A stretch of DNA of 63,388 nucleotides, counting the filler, from Octopus bimaculoides (Eukaryota), in assembly GCF_001194135.2 (NCBI RefSeq). It is 5 parts of 5 records of this genome, joined end to end, with 100 filler letters (N's around TTAATTAATTAA, not from the genome) between each part and the next. Parts side by side here need not be neighbours in the genome. Positions count along the whole stretch, not along the records: positions 23,496 to 50,152 come from NC_068985.1; 4 more parts are not named here. One strand, 5' to 3'. Below are positions 37,225 through 49,299 of the stretch, in pieces (position 1 is the first letter of the stretch; every line of letters starts with the position of its first letter). The notes beneath the pieces were generated by a model, which saw only the letters and a list, made by a program, of their open reading frames with translations, was not told the DNA's origin and ran no database searches. The position numbers and the translations under genes were made by a program.

Positions 37225-39450
37225 TGTTAACATGAAATGCCCAAGTCTCGCACTGACTGTGTCTCTGAAATTGCAATCCGTCCAGGTCCAGTGTATTTAA
37301 TTTGTATTGCATTTAGTTTTGCCTGCTGGTAGCACAAGGCTTGAACCTTTTCAGCATTAAACTGCTTGCTATTCTTCTCAGCCCACTTGTATATTTCATC
37401 AAACTCACATTGCAGGTACATAGCGTCTTCAGGGTTCTGTATCACCTGGGAGACTTTTGTATCTTCTACATAACTTTTGATTCTGGTTTTCTGTGTGGCT
37501 CAGACATATGTGAGAGGGCCACTATGAACAGTAGGGATCCCAAAACAGTCCCTTGCGGAACACCGTTCACTATTTGCGTGTCATTGAAGGTGATCGCATT
37601 GGCTACTATCACGTGACTTCTGTCATTCAGAAGGCCACGCAGCCATTCTCTCAATTTCCCAAGTATGCCGAGATAATGCAGTTTGTGACATATCATTCCA
37701 TGATGGACTTTATTGAAGGCCTTTCCAAAATCGAGATATATCACATCCACATTTGAGTGGTTGAGTAGTTGTTTCAATACCCAGTCATAGTTTTGTAAGA
37801 GCTGAGTCAGGCAGCTTGTTCCTGGTCGGAAACCATGTTGGTGTTAGTGAGTAAGTCATTTTCATCAAGGAAGGTGATTCGTCTTCTTCTGACTATTCGT
37901 TCTTTGACTTTGCTGATGTCCGATGTCAGAAAGATAGGTACGTAGTGTTTAGCCTCTGCTCTGCTACCTCCTTTAATAGGGCATATTTTACCTTCCTTCA
38001 GCTTGCTTGGAAGTTTGCCAGTTACAAGGAAGCTCTGGAAGAGGAACTGCAGTAGTCTTGCCAGGATTCACATGGTTTAAGAAGGATTGCTGGGAATCCA
38101 CCAGGACCAGTAGCTGAGTTCGGGTTCATTTGATTTATAGCCCTTATTACATCGTCTTCTTTTATAGTGATGCAATCAGTCATCACTGCCTTTGTTTTAT
38201 ATCTACAGTGGTAAAAATTCAGCTGGATTGCTGACTTGCAAGCGTCCTAGGGGTGGACTGAAAGCACTTTTGAATTGTTCATTTAATATTTCACTTATCT
38301 TCATTGGGTTTCCTGTGAGTCAACCATCTTTTTCAAGGAGTGACTCTACCCTGCAGGTGCACTGAGGCTGTTTCTTTGGCAAACGTGTAGAAGGCTCTGG
38401 GGTTAGATTTTATATTGTCTATAGCCCAGGCTTCTTTGTCTGCGCTTTCTTTTTCATGGGAGAGTTGCAAATATTTTTCAATCTCCAGCAGTTGTAGTTT
38501 CAGGCGGGATTTTTAACAGCTTTCAGTTTGTTTGTTTGGCCGATTTGTACGCCATCTCATAAGAACTTTCCTCTCCCTGTGGATTTTGTGCTTGTGTACA
38601 ATAACCTTTCTCTTGTAGCATATGGTTTGCATTACAGACATGAATTGTTGAAGTTTCATGTCGATGTCCGGTGAGGAGAGACATTTATGCCAATTTTGTT
38701 AAGGGATCTCTTTCTCAATTTGTTTCCAGTTTGACTTATGGAAGTTCAAACTGGAATGATTTTGAGAGTTTCTTGTAGGCTGCATGTCCGTTGTTTCCTT
38801 TTGTCCGTACATTGTCAGCTCTACCATGTTTTGATCCGAGAGTAGCGTTGATGTCACTTTCACATTATGGATGAGATCCATATTTGTGATGCAAAGATCC
38901 AGTATATTACCTGCCCTGATTGGTTAGAGTACTATTTGTTCCATGTACACAGTGTTGATGAAGTTCCGAACGTATCATTCCTCGGAGAGAAATACCCTCA
39001 GGTCATCCGTCATTGTGCAAATTGAAGTCTCCCATAAAAAGTACACTTAATTGTTGTTCTAATGAAACTAGAACCTCTATATTTGTAAGGTGACCTTCCA
39101 ACTTGCCTGCATGATTCGGAGTATTTGGTGGGCGGTATGTAATACATATAACTACATCGAGTTGGCATTTAGTTTGTCACATATTGAATTTGAGTGTGAC
39201 AAAAGGGCCTGGGGTGTGAGCTCTCCGCGGATGTATATAGCAACTCCACCATGACTCCTATCTTCTCTGTCGGTCTGTAATACAACACACTGTGGTATGC
39301 ATATTTCTATATTTGCTATATTTGGTTTCAGGTATGTTTCCGTAAGTGCTATGCATAAGGCTTGATTGCATCCAACAAGGTCTCTCAGGAAAGGAATTTT
39401 TGTCCTGTTACTAAGTGTTAACGGTCCTCTAATGTTCAGTAAGAGCACCG
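37225..39450 (-). mobile_element. CR1-group LINE ORF2 (APE endonuclease + RT), decayed and 3'-truncated
   Basis: LLLNIRG...CIALTETYL...DREDRSHGGVAIYIR; GNILDL...LLSDQ; IKSNPRAFY; SATGPGG; DVIYLDFGKAFNKVHH...GVPQGTVLGSLLF; YVEDTK; KWAEKN..QFNAEK; VRDLGI. Confidence 0.93.
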
Positions 39451-39569
39451 ATGTGATGTCTGTGTTGTTGACAGTGGTGTCCCAATTGGGTCCATTTGAT
39501 TGTTTATCTATCTATATCTATGTATGTAGCAATATGCATATGTATACATGTCTGAATATACATATAAAA

Positions 39570-39685
39570 ATATTTTATATCAACCCCGAAACTATGAATG
39601 TCAAAATTGACCTCAGCCAAATTTGAACTCAGAACGTAAAGATATGAATTGCTACTAAACATTTTACGTTCCTGCCGCCTTAAAA
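39570..39685 (-). mobile_element. SINE family A, partial
   Basis: ATCAACCCCGAAACTATGAATGTCAAAATTGACCTCAGCCAAATTTGAACTCAGAACG...CTGCCGCCTT. Confidence 0.75.
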
Positions 39686-40494
39686 AGTATTGAGAAACTG
39701 TAGCTGTCAGAATTGGAAGTGAAATATATGTGAGAGTACGTAAGTATGTATGTATGTATGTATGTATGTATGTATGTATGTATGTATGTATGTATGTACG
39801 CGTGTGTTATATGTGTGTATATAACTGCACTGGTCCAGTGGCTAATCTAGGCTGTTTCCAGTGTCCTAATACGCTGGATAAATTCAAATTGACTTCTACC
39901 ATTACACTGAATACTTTTTGCCCTTTTATCAAAATGTCTGTGCATACAACGTTCAAAAAAATATTGATTTCGTAGAATTTTTCATAGTACCTTAACTTTA
40001 ATTGAACCAGTGAAAAATTATTTACGTTCCTTATATAGTTATTTCATAATTTCTTCATATTTTAACCAATAGCCAAATTCAGACACTTCTCCTTCCACCT
40101 TGTGTGTATGTGTGTGTTTGTGATTGCATGTGTATATATAGTAATGAACATCCACAAACTCACACACACACACTTACAGACAACTATCTATTTGCAGCTT
40201 AGAAGTTGTTTTGGCGGCTAATCAGGTTTCTTTCGTTTTTTTTCTTTTTGTAGATGTACCTGCTAACTTCCAGCTTAGATTTCAGGAAATGTATCGTAAT
40301 AAACGTTTAACTAATTATCCCAATAATTAGACAAGTTGCACGTAACTGAGTGCAGCGAAAAAAGAGACTGCATTTCATGAAGCAAAATAGAAACATCGAA
40401 TGTTAAGATGAAAGCAGAGCATGGAAGATTGCGATGTAATACAAATTGTAAATACGTAGATACATACATGCATCTGTTAGGTAGAAAGAGAGAG

Positions 40495-40528
<34 letters not shown>

Positions 40529-40668
40529 TGAGTGAAGGGGTGTGTTGGCATGTATTCGTACATCAATACATACGCCTACATCTTTTTTGTGTATACGTGT
40601 GCATGTGTGAGTGTACGTGTGTGAGAGAGAGAGTGAGTGAATGTGTTCTCATGTATGTCTAAGTGGTA

Positions 40669-40730
<62 letters not shown>

Positions 40731-40988
40731 TACACACACACACACACACATACAAACGCACACATCCATTTCATATACACGTTCATACATCTTTCACTTT
40801 CTCTCTTTCACTTCAAAACAAAAGTAAATATATCAAAAATGTTTATGGAAGTTAACGAGCAAAACCAGCTGATCCGGGTGACAGTTCTGAAAGTCAAAGT
40901 AGCAGATCTGAGAGTCAAAGCGAAAGATCGACCCAAGGGAATACCATTACAAAACTATTTTCGAGAGCATTTAACGTATCCCAGCTGC

Positions 40989-41107
40989 AAAAATTTGGCT
41001 GCTATTTCTTGCACGCCCTGCTACCACGTAACATCTATCTGTGATAAAGGACCCGAAATACCTGTTACGTGGTAGAAGGGCGTGCAAGAAATAAGAGCCA
41101 AATTTTT
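40989..41107. repeat. Fold-back element, 45-bp arms around a 29-nt loop
   Basis: AAAAATTTGGCTGCTATTTCTTGCACGCCCTGCTACCACGTAACA and its reverse complement, 3 mismatches. Confidence 0.9.
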
Positions 41108-41270
41108 CCTTTCTCGGGAAAGGAGCTATTTACGCGTGATTTCAATGTCACATTCGTTGAAAGCATACGAAATAACCGGGGAAAAAATGAAACATGAAAC
41201 AAAACTCCGTTGTTGGGAAACTCAGACTTTCCAGGAGACCCAACGGGTCATGGGTAGTCTAGTCTAGTAT

Positions 41271-41301
<31 letters not shown>

Positions 41302-42149
41302 TACACTCACACACTCACACATACACTCACACACACACACATGTATATATACCGACATTTGCGCCTCTTATGAACAACCCAACTTTAGAATTTTCCCCTC
41401 TATAAATTTAGGGACAATGCAACATATAATCGGCGCAATGAATCATAAGTTATCGCCAAATATAAACTTCCTTTGAATGCTTCCCCCACAGATCACACTA
41501 CTACAAGGATCTCAGAATAATATCACACTTCAGAACCAAATATTTATCTGCATTCATAAACACAATTTTTTTCAGAATTGCTACTATCTACCGAGTCTTC
41601 ACGAGGGAAAAGAGAGAAAGACAGAAAAAAGGAAAACGTCCTACCTATATGAAGACTATGGAAATATTTATAAAACATTTAATTTTTTTCTTCAGTTTAA
41701 TTGTTTATTAATTAATTAATATTCGCCTTTGTTGTACTCTTAGTCGAAAAAGTCGAAAAGACTGAAACCGCTACTAACCGTCACAAAATGTAGCTCATAA
41801 TGAAATTATTTTAGCATTTTCTACCTTGTCTTATTTTCCTTTAAACACACACACACACACANNNNNNNNNNNNNNNNNNNNNNNNNNNNNNNNNNNNNNN
41901 NNNNNNNNNNNNNNNNNNNNNNNNNNNNNNNNNNNNNNNNNNNNNNNNNNNNNNNNNNNNNNNNNNNNNNNNNNNNNNNNNNNNNNNNNNNNNNNNNNNN
42001 NNNNNNNNNNNNNNNNNNNNNNNNNNNNNNNNNNNNNNNNNNNNNNNNNNNNNNNNNNNNNNNNNNNNNNNNNNNNNNNNNNNNNNNNNNNNNNNNNNNN
42101 NNNNNNNNNNNNNNNNNNNNNNNNNNNNNNNNNNNNNNNNNNNNNNNCC

Positions 42150-42630
42150 AAAATTCACTTATCCGTAACAAAAAATGCTCCTGCAGTACTGATCGGACCT
42201 CATCTACAGTTTTCATATTTTTCCGTCCAAATAAATTTGAAGACTGCGGAATAAATGATAATCAGATGGGGGCAATGTCCAGTGAATATGGTGGGTGGGG
42301 CATCGTTTCCCGTTCAAACTGTTCCAGACTTTCGAATGTCATCCTCGCTGTATGTGGTCGAGCGTAATTCTGATGGAAGAACACCTTTCGTCTTGAAACC
42401 AAAGATGGTCGTTTTTCTTCTAGCGCTGACTTAAGCCACTCAAGCTGCTCGCAGTAGATCTCCCACGTTATCATTTGGTTTGGCTTTAAAAGTTCAAAGT
42501 GGACTAAACCTTTCATATCCCAGCCAACACATAACACCGTACGTGGGACAAGACCTTTATCTTGGGGTGCTGGTGTTTCTCCTTTCCCTATCCACTTGAC
42601 ATTTTTATAGAGAACCCATTTCTCGTCACC
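42150..42630 (-). mobile_element. Mariner transposase catalytic region (D,D34D type), decayed
   Basis: DEKWVLYKNVK; LCVGWDMKGLVHFELLKPNQ.IT..IYCEQL..L...L.EKRP.LV.RRKVFFHQNYARPHTA...PHPPYSLDIAP. Confidence 0.92.
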
Positions 42631-42660
42631 TTAGGGGGAAAGAACCGCCCAAGGCTTATG

Positions 42661-42914
42661 GATAATAAGGAGTATGAAGAATTTGAACATTCAAAGTTTA
42701 TGTATATCTCCAGTTAGTGTATTCATAATAATTGTCTGGCACGTGTTTCGATCGTACTAACTGCATATTGTTGCATAATGATATGTAGCGATGTATGCAT
42801 TATTCGTACGATTTCTTCAGGGCATCTTCGAACAATGTCACAATTATTATGAATAAACTAAGTGGAGATAAACGTAATGTTTGAATGTTCAAATTCTTCA
42901 TTATCCTTATTATC
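42661..42914 (-). mobile_element. 254-bp fold-back element containing a decayed long-stem-II hammerhead
   Basis: About 85-bp imperfect arms beginning GATAATAAGG; minus-strand loop region CUGAAGA A AUCGUAC...GUACGAU C GAAA CACGUG CC. Confidence 0.7.
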
Positions 42915-43514
42915 AGTATATATATGTATAATACTTGTGTACTTATATATGGACGTATGCAGTCACCAACCGTGCAGAATCCGTTTACAAAATTTTGTTC
43001 GCAGAGTATTGGTCACCTTACGGAGGTGGGGCATCCTTTCATCCTCCCTGTACGCCGGAAACAACCCCACAACAATGCACAAATATTTGTAAACACACAC
43101 ACACATCACTCCTCCCCCACATACATATATGTCATTATTCAGTTTTATATTAAGATTTCTAACCTAGCATGTATGGATGTATATGTGCAGTATTTAGAGT
43201 CAGTGCATGTGCAAATTTCTATATTTTGTTTTATATATGTATACTTACTTATACATATAGTTGCATGTCTCGGCATTCGCATATATATTTAAATACGAAT
43301 CTGGTAAGTTTTACAGATTTTATAGTTCCAGTGATTGCATGTTTGTATGTATGTATGTATGTATGAACGTACGTATGTATGTATGCATGCACACATATAT
43401 GTATGTACGTATGTATGTATGTATGTATGTATGCATGTATGTATGTATGTATGAACGTACGTATGTATGTATGCATGCATACATATATGTATGTATGTAT
43501 GTATGCATGCATAC

Positions 43515-43547
<33 letters not shown>

Positions 43548-44769
43548 GGTAGGTAGGTATGTGTGTGCGTGTATGTTTGTATAAAGGTATTCATGTATAA
43601 AAATAATTAAGCACAGATAACAGATGCATCTATTTTTCAACTCACTTTTATCTAATTTTGACTGAAATGCAAGGTCGTGCTATTAATCATCAGGTTTGCA
43701 GATTCGCTCCTCTGTTCCCGAATTTAGTGCCAAGACAGGACAGTAACAACAAAATAGACCTTTGTCGTTATCGTCACTGTTTGCAATTTTGTTCCGATTG
43801 TTTACAAAGTTGGCATATGGATTAAGTTTTGTATACTAATTATGAAAATGAAATTCATTTTCCTATAAATTCATAATTAAAAAGTTATTAGAGGTTAACA
43901 TTTTTGAAATTTGGGCATTTTAGCCTATCGGAAGCGAGTATTTTGCACATCACCGTGAAGTGATGTTAGCATAGTAAGCAAAGAAGCACCACGTGTTCCA
44001 TAGCTGATAGCAAAGAACTTCGTTTCCATAGTAAGCGAAGATGTTGCGCATACGTACAAGGAGTGTAACTACTAAACTGATTGTAATCAACTAATTGAGA
44101 ATACCTGGGCATCTTTAAAGCGTGGAAAGAAACGTCGGTGCGGGATGAATCTTTCCATGGTTGGCTCTTATCTTTGTGAATTTATGCGGTGAAGGAGATA
44201 TGAGAAAGATAATTTATTTTATAAAATCTTAGAGTATATTTCAAACATCTATATTATACACTAAAAAATCTTTTTAAAGGTGTCGACATGTACTGACGAT
44301 AACCACAAAGGTCCAACAATACAAAATTTAACACAAAAACATAACGTGAAGGCGAGGTCAGTGCGATGTTACAAAGGATCATTAACAGTAAAGTTTCACA
44401 ACAGAAGGAAAATGGAATAACAGCAAACCAGAGATGATTTTCAAAATGTAAGCACAAGCTGCAAAAGAGTGGATAGTTGGAAGTCAGGTCTAGCACAAAG
44501 TGAGGAAAAAGGGCAGTAAAGGAAATGGTCAGCAGCAGATCAAGGAACAAAATAAAAGAAGGAAGCTAGACAGTAGAATTAGAATATTAGGCAGACGAAT
44601 GCATTTTGGGAAAATTAAACTCACTCAGAGAATGTGCAGAGGGTGATGAGCAAGATGAGGAAATTGGAGACAGGAGAGAGGGGGAGAGAGACAGAAAGAG
44701 AGAGAGAGAAAAAAAGAAGGAAAGGGAGAGAGAGAAACAGGGAGAAAACATTTATTTGTGTGTCTTTTT

Positions 44770-44885
44770 TTTCTGTTTGTCCTTCAATACTACTCTTTTG
44801 TTTACGCCCCTGCAACCTAGCCGTTCGGCACAAGACGGTACCCCAGTATGTCTGCAATCAAGTGACAGAAACAAGATAAAAGGTA
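44770..44885 (+). mobile_element. SINE family B 3' module, internally deleted
   Basis: TTTGTTTACGCCCCTGCAACCTAGCCGTTCGGCAC...CCCCAGTATG...TGACAGAAACAAG. Confidence 0.65.
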
Positions 44886-45025
44886 TANNNNNNNNNNNNN
44901 NNNNNNNNNNNNNNNNNNNNNNNNNNNNNNNNNNNNNNNNNNNNNNNNNNNNNNNNNNNNNNNNNNNNNNNNNNNNNNNNNNNNNNNNNNNNNNNNNNNN
45001 NNNNNNNNNNNNNNNNNNNNNNNNN

Positions 45026-45067
<42 letters not shown>

Positions 45068-45162
45068 GCACACACACAGATATATATACATACACAGAGA
45101 CATATATATTCACAAGGATACATACACTAAAACACACAATACAGGCATATATTTAGAGGTAG

Positions 45163-45252
<90 letters not shown>

Positions 45253-45589
45253 CTCTATGTGTATGTCTGTATACGTGCTTGTGTGAGTACCATAATAAAT
45301 CAAAGATAGGAGCGTCATTTTTGTTTTCATTGATAGTTAGACATTTCTTATATTTTCAAAGGTTTTCACAAAAAATAATATCGATATTGCGATGTTAAAT
45401 TCTTTACACAACACACACGAACAGTGTCCGCAAGGGAAATAACATAATGTACAAATTGTGTATTAGCAGCGACACGCAGTAGTATCTTTGATAGACTACA
45501 GTATATTAATTGGGCATATTTCATCCCTTGAAAGTCATAAAAGCCAAAGTAGATTAAGAAACACACGCGTACACACGAGCCTGCATGCA

Positions 45590-45625
<36 letters not shown>

Positions 45626-46243
45626 TATAATCACGTATACAGATACACTTTCTTACTCTCACAAGCTATCTCTTTATCAGTTGACCTATACACACATCGC
45701 TGCATATTTGAATATATATATTTCACACAGAAAAATACACTCACACAAACACACACATACACACACGGACATATACACACACGCGCGCACATACACACAC
45801 ACACCTGGGAATGTGTGCGTACGTGCGTACGTGCGAGCGTGTGTGTGTGTGTGTTTGTGCTAGCATTTATTCAATGTTGAGCCAAGGTGAGTCACAAGGA
45901 TATGCCTATCCTTGTGCAAACCAGGAGTGCAAATTTCATTCATCTAAAGGAGATATCTAATCACTGAAAGTGCAGGAAGACTCAACAGGTAGTCGTGACT
46001 ATGATATTTGAAATTCTATGAGAATTAAACAATCGGAAAGAATGGACTTCAAATATTATGTATCAGAATGAGAATGTGGATATGTGTGTATCTATATATT
46101 TGTCGATATGTACGAATGGAACAAGAGCACACTGAATAATGTACTCCAAGATACAAAAGCTGATAACTGATTGAATGACATTGCACATAGGTCTACAGTA
46201 ATAAGTTTCAGCTTCAGCTAACCAGCAACAACACACACATTTA

Positions 46244-46540
<297 letters not shown>

Positions 46541-46592
46541 TACATACATACATACATACATACATAGCACCCATGGGATTCGGATAGTACAC

Positions 46593-46636
46593 TTTTTGCG
46601 AATATAAGAGGTCCACACCTCTTATATTCGCAAAAA
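46593..46636. repeat. Perfect 20-bp stem, 4-nt loop hairpin
   Basis: TTTTTGCGAATATAAGAGGT-CCAC-ACCTCTTATATTCGCAAAAA. Confidence 0.95.
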
Positions 46637-46649
46637 TGCGTACTAATAC

Positions 46650-46785
46650 CCACTTTATTTCATCAAGGGCTTATATGGACCAATATTTGCTATTTTCTTT
46701 AGGCAGCTATTCGGGCATGACATTCACCAAATCTTTTGATCCAGTAGCTTTGAACTCCATGTGGTCCCGGGGTTTTTCAGTTACT

Positions 46786-46834
<49 letters not shown>

Positions 46835-47997
46835 GATTTCCTTCACGTCCCTAACTGAAATGATTAGTTCTGCCTGTTTTGGACAGACTACTGTTTCTTT
46901 CAATTCTTGCAACCATTCAGCATCCTTCTTGTGCTCCTTCTCTTTGCACAAGATGTCACTCCAAATCCTTTGACTTTTATTGTTATCTGGTATCAACTTT
47001 TCATCTGTACACACTCCATTTATTTATAGAATCTCTTCTGATCTACACTGAATAACCTATTCTGCTGGTAACCCTTCATTCTTTGGTCGTATCTTACCAT
47101 CTTTGCTTTCTTTGCAACGAGGTGCTGTTTCAGCTCCTCCATTACTACTTTCAGGCCCTTTCTTTCAATATTGTGTTTCCTTTTCAGCGCCCTATATTTT
47201 TGTTCGCTTTTAAGCTTCTCTTTCTCTTTTCGGTCTAACACAGAAATTTTCTTCGAGAGCATATCTAACTCTGCCTGAATTCTTCTTTCCACCATGGATC
47301 TTTTCTTTTGTCACTCCCAATATGTGTCTTTTTCTTGACATCAACAACCACGTTTTCTGCTACGACAATACTTGCAGCCTTGATCAAATGTTTTGCTTCT
47401 GTGATGTTGTTTGTTCTGGTGTATATCTTTCGTTTAGTGGTTCAATTTCCACCAATCAACCTTTTTAAGTTTGCAAATAATGTCGTTATCGTTTTCCTGT
47501 AATTTCGCCTTTATTCTGTTGTAGATTGCCTGTTTTTTCATCTGTCATTTCGCCATCAGTTTTATTGTCTTCTTTTAGTTCATCTACACGTCTCTCATCA
47601 AGTAATCTACTACTGCTCCTTTCCTGTGTTATGAGATTACTTCTATTAGTAAGAACTGTATTTTCATCGTTATCTCTGTTCCTTGAGTTGAAGCAATTCC
47701 TTTCCCTCCTATGATCATACATACTTTGTCGGTAACCCCTAATTTGAGCACCATTTTCATCTACCGGGATGCTCAGGTAGTAAAACTCCATGACCACAGC
47801 ATTAATTTACTGCTACATCTACGCTTTGTGTGGTGGTCACTTTGTGGATATCGACAGGCTGGAGTCGGACCAGAATCTCTGAGCCGACCGGGTGCAGCCC
47901 TGTTACTATCAATGGCTTGTTTCATTACCACCGTTATTCACAAAATTTTTTGTTTTCATTATATGAGGTAGCGATTATCAGGTTGCGGAATTACCAG
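46650..47997 (-). mobile_element. Dong/R4-clade LINE 5' part (N-terminus to start of RT), decayed
   Basis: VMEFYYLSIPVDENGAQIRGYRQSM; IKAASIVVAEN; EELKQHLVAKKAKMVRYDQR...YQQNRLFSVDQKRFY; FWSDI...H.KDAEWL; PGPHGVQSYWIKRF; preceded by (TAA)n at about 47998-48020. Confidence 0.85.
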
Positions 47998-48020
47998 TGT
48001 TATTATTATTATTATTATTA

Positions 48021-48215
48021 TAAAGGCGGTGAGGTGGCAGAAACATTAACGCACCGGAGAAAATGTTTAGTAGCATTTCTTCCGACATTAAGATGTGATT
48101 AAATATGCCACCTATATCATTTTGCATTTCATCTTTCCAGGCTTATTAAAATAAATACCAGCTGAGGATTGAGATCAGAATTTCAAGGCCTTTCGTCTAT
48201 AGTAGAAAAGAAATG
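48021..48215 (+). mobile_element. SINE family A, diverged
   Basis: AAAGGCGGTGAGGTGGCAGAAAC...TTTGCATTTCATCTTTCC...AAATACCAG...CTATAGTAGAAAAG. Confidence 0.75.
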
Positions 48216-48419
48216 TTCTTCTCTGTCACTGAGTGAGAGAGAAAAGCATGCCATCAAAGTGACACTGGGGTACAAATAAACGAAACTCAATATACCCATC
48301 ATGATTACCCGTCTGATAAGGATACACCAAGCACATGCATCATAACCATTTGATTGCAAAAATACCTACTTCAGAATCACGGAAAACTAATACAAATAAC
48401 CACAAAACACGAACAAAAC

Positions 48420-48885
48420 AAAACAACTGTTTTCAGTCTTTAAGTATGACAAAAAAAGAAGTCATACTACCTAACAATTATGAAGAAAAAGAAGAAACAA
48501 CAAAAACTGTAACACAACTGAAATCCAAACTAAAACTGGAACAGCAACGGATCATGATAAAACGATGGCAAGAAAAGCTCCTTCATGGAAAATACTGGGT
48601 TAAACTAAACGCGAAAGAAATAAACAAAGCGAAATCCCAACAATGGCCGAGAAGCTCAGGACTTAAAGCAGACTGAAGGATTTTAATTGCAGCACAAGAT
48701 CAAAGCCTCCCCACCAGAAATTACCAAAAACATATGATGAAAAAGTATATAACAAGTAACTGAAGAATATGTGGAGATGGACAAGAAACAATAAACCATA
48801 TTGCTCAGTCCTGGCTAAGAAAGAATATATTCACAGACATGACATATTTGGGACCTATATACACTGGAAGCTATGTCAATACTAT
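48420..48885 (+). mobile_element. Dong/R4-clade LINE fragment (post-RT to CCHC)
   Basis: RWQEKLLHGKY...QWPRSSGLKA...LIAAQDQSLPTRNYQK...RICGDGQETINHI...KKEYIHRHD..GTYIHWKLCQYYG. Confidence 0.88.
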
Positions 48886-49299
48886 GGATTTAGGTTGTTA
48901 GCTTTAGTGAGAGGTACAGTGTATCTGGTTAAATACTGGAAAATCTTAAAAGTTTTATCTAATGCAGTACTACCCCCCTGAAACCTTGCACCTTTCAGAC
49001 TTCCAAATGAAATTAAAACGAACCCAAAACTGTACCGTAAACTGTTAAAATTTGGAATCAGTGTAATACTACCCCTCTTCTTTTTAAAGTTTCTTATGTT
49101 TATTTACAAAGCATGTCTTTATTGTTCCACTTACAAAATTGGGCCTCAAGATTTCCTGTTAGCCGGTCATTTTCTCTGCTTAAGGACCATAGATTCATCA
49201 GATTGTGGCATAGGCATTTACTAACTTAATCGTGTGCACAAATGGTTATTGGTATAAATGTAAATTTATAACCAAGCAAGAGGAGTTGCAGGTACCAAA

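Noticed and set aside
41740-41775. GTC...GAC-TGAAAC hammerhead-like 3' half
   Set aside because: No CUGANGA core upstream.
44260-44580. Purine-rich segment resembling a LINE EN-RT linker
   Set aside because: Too decayed to assign; no diagnostic motif.
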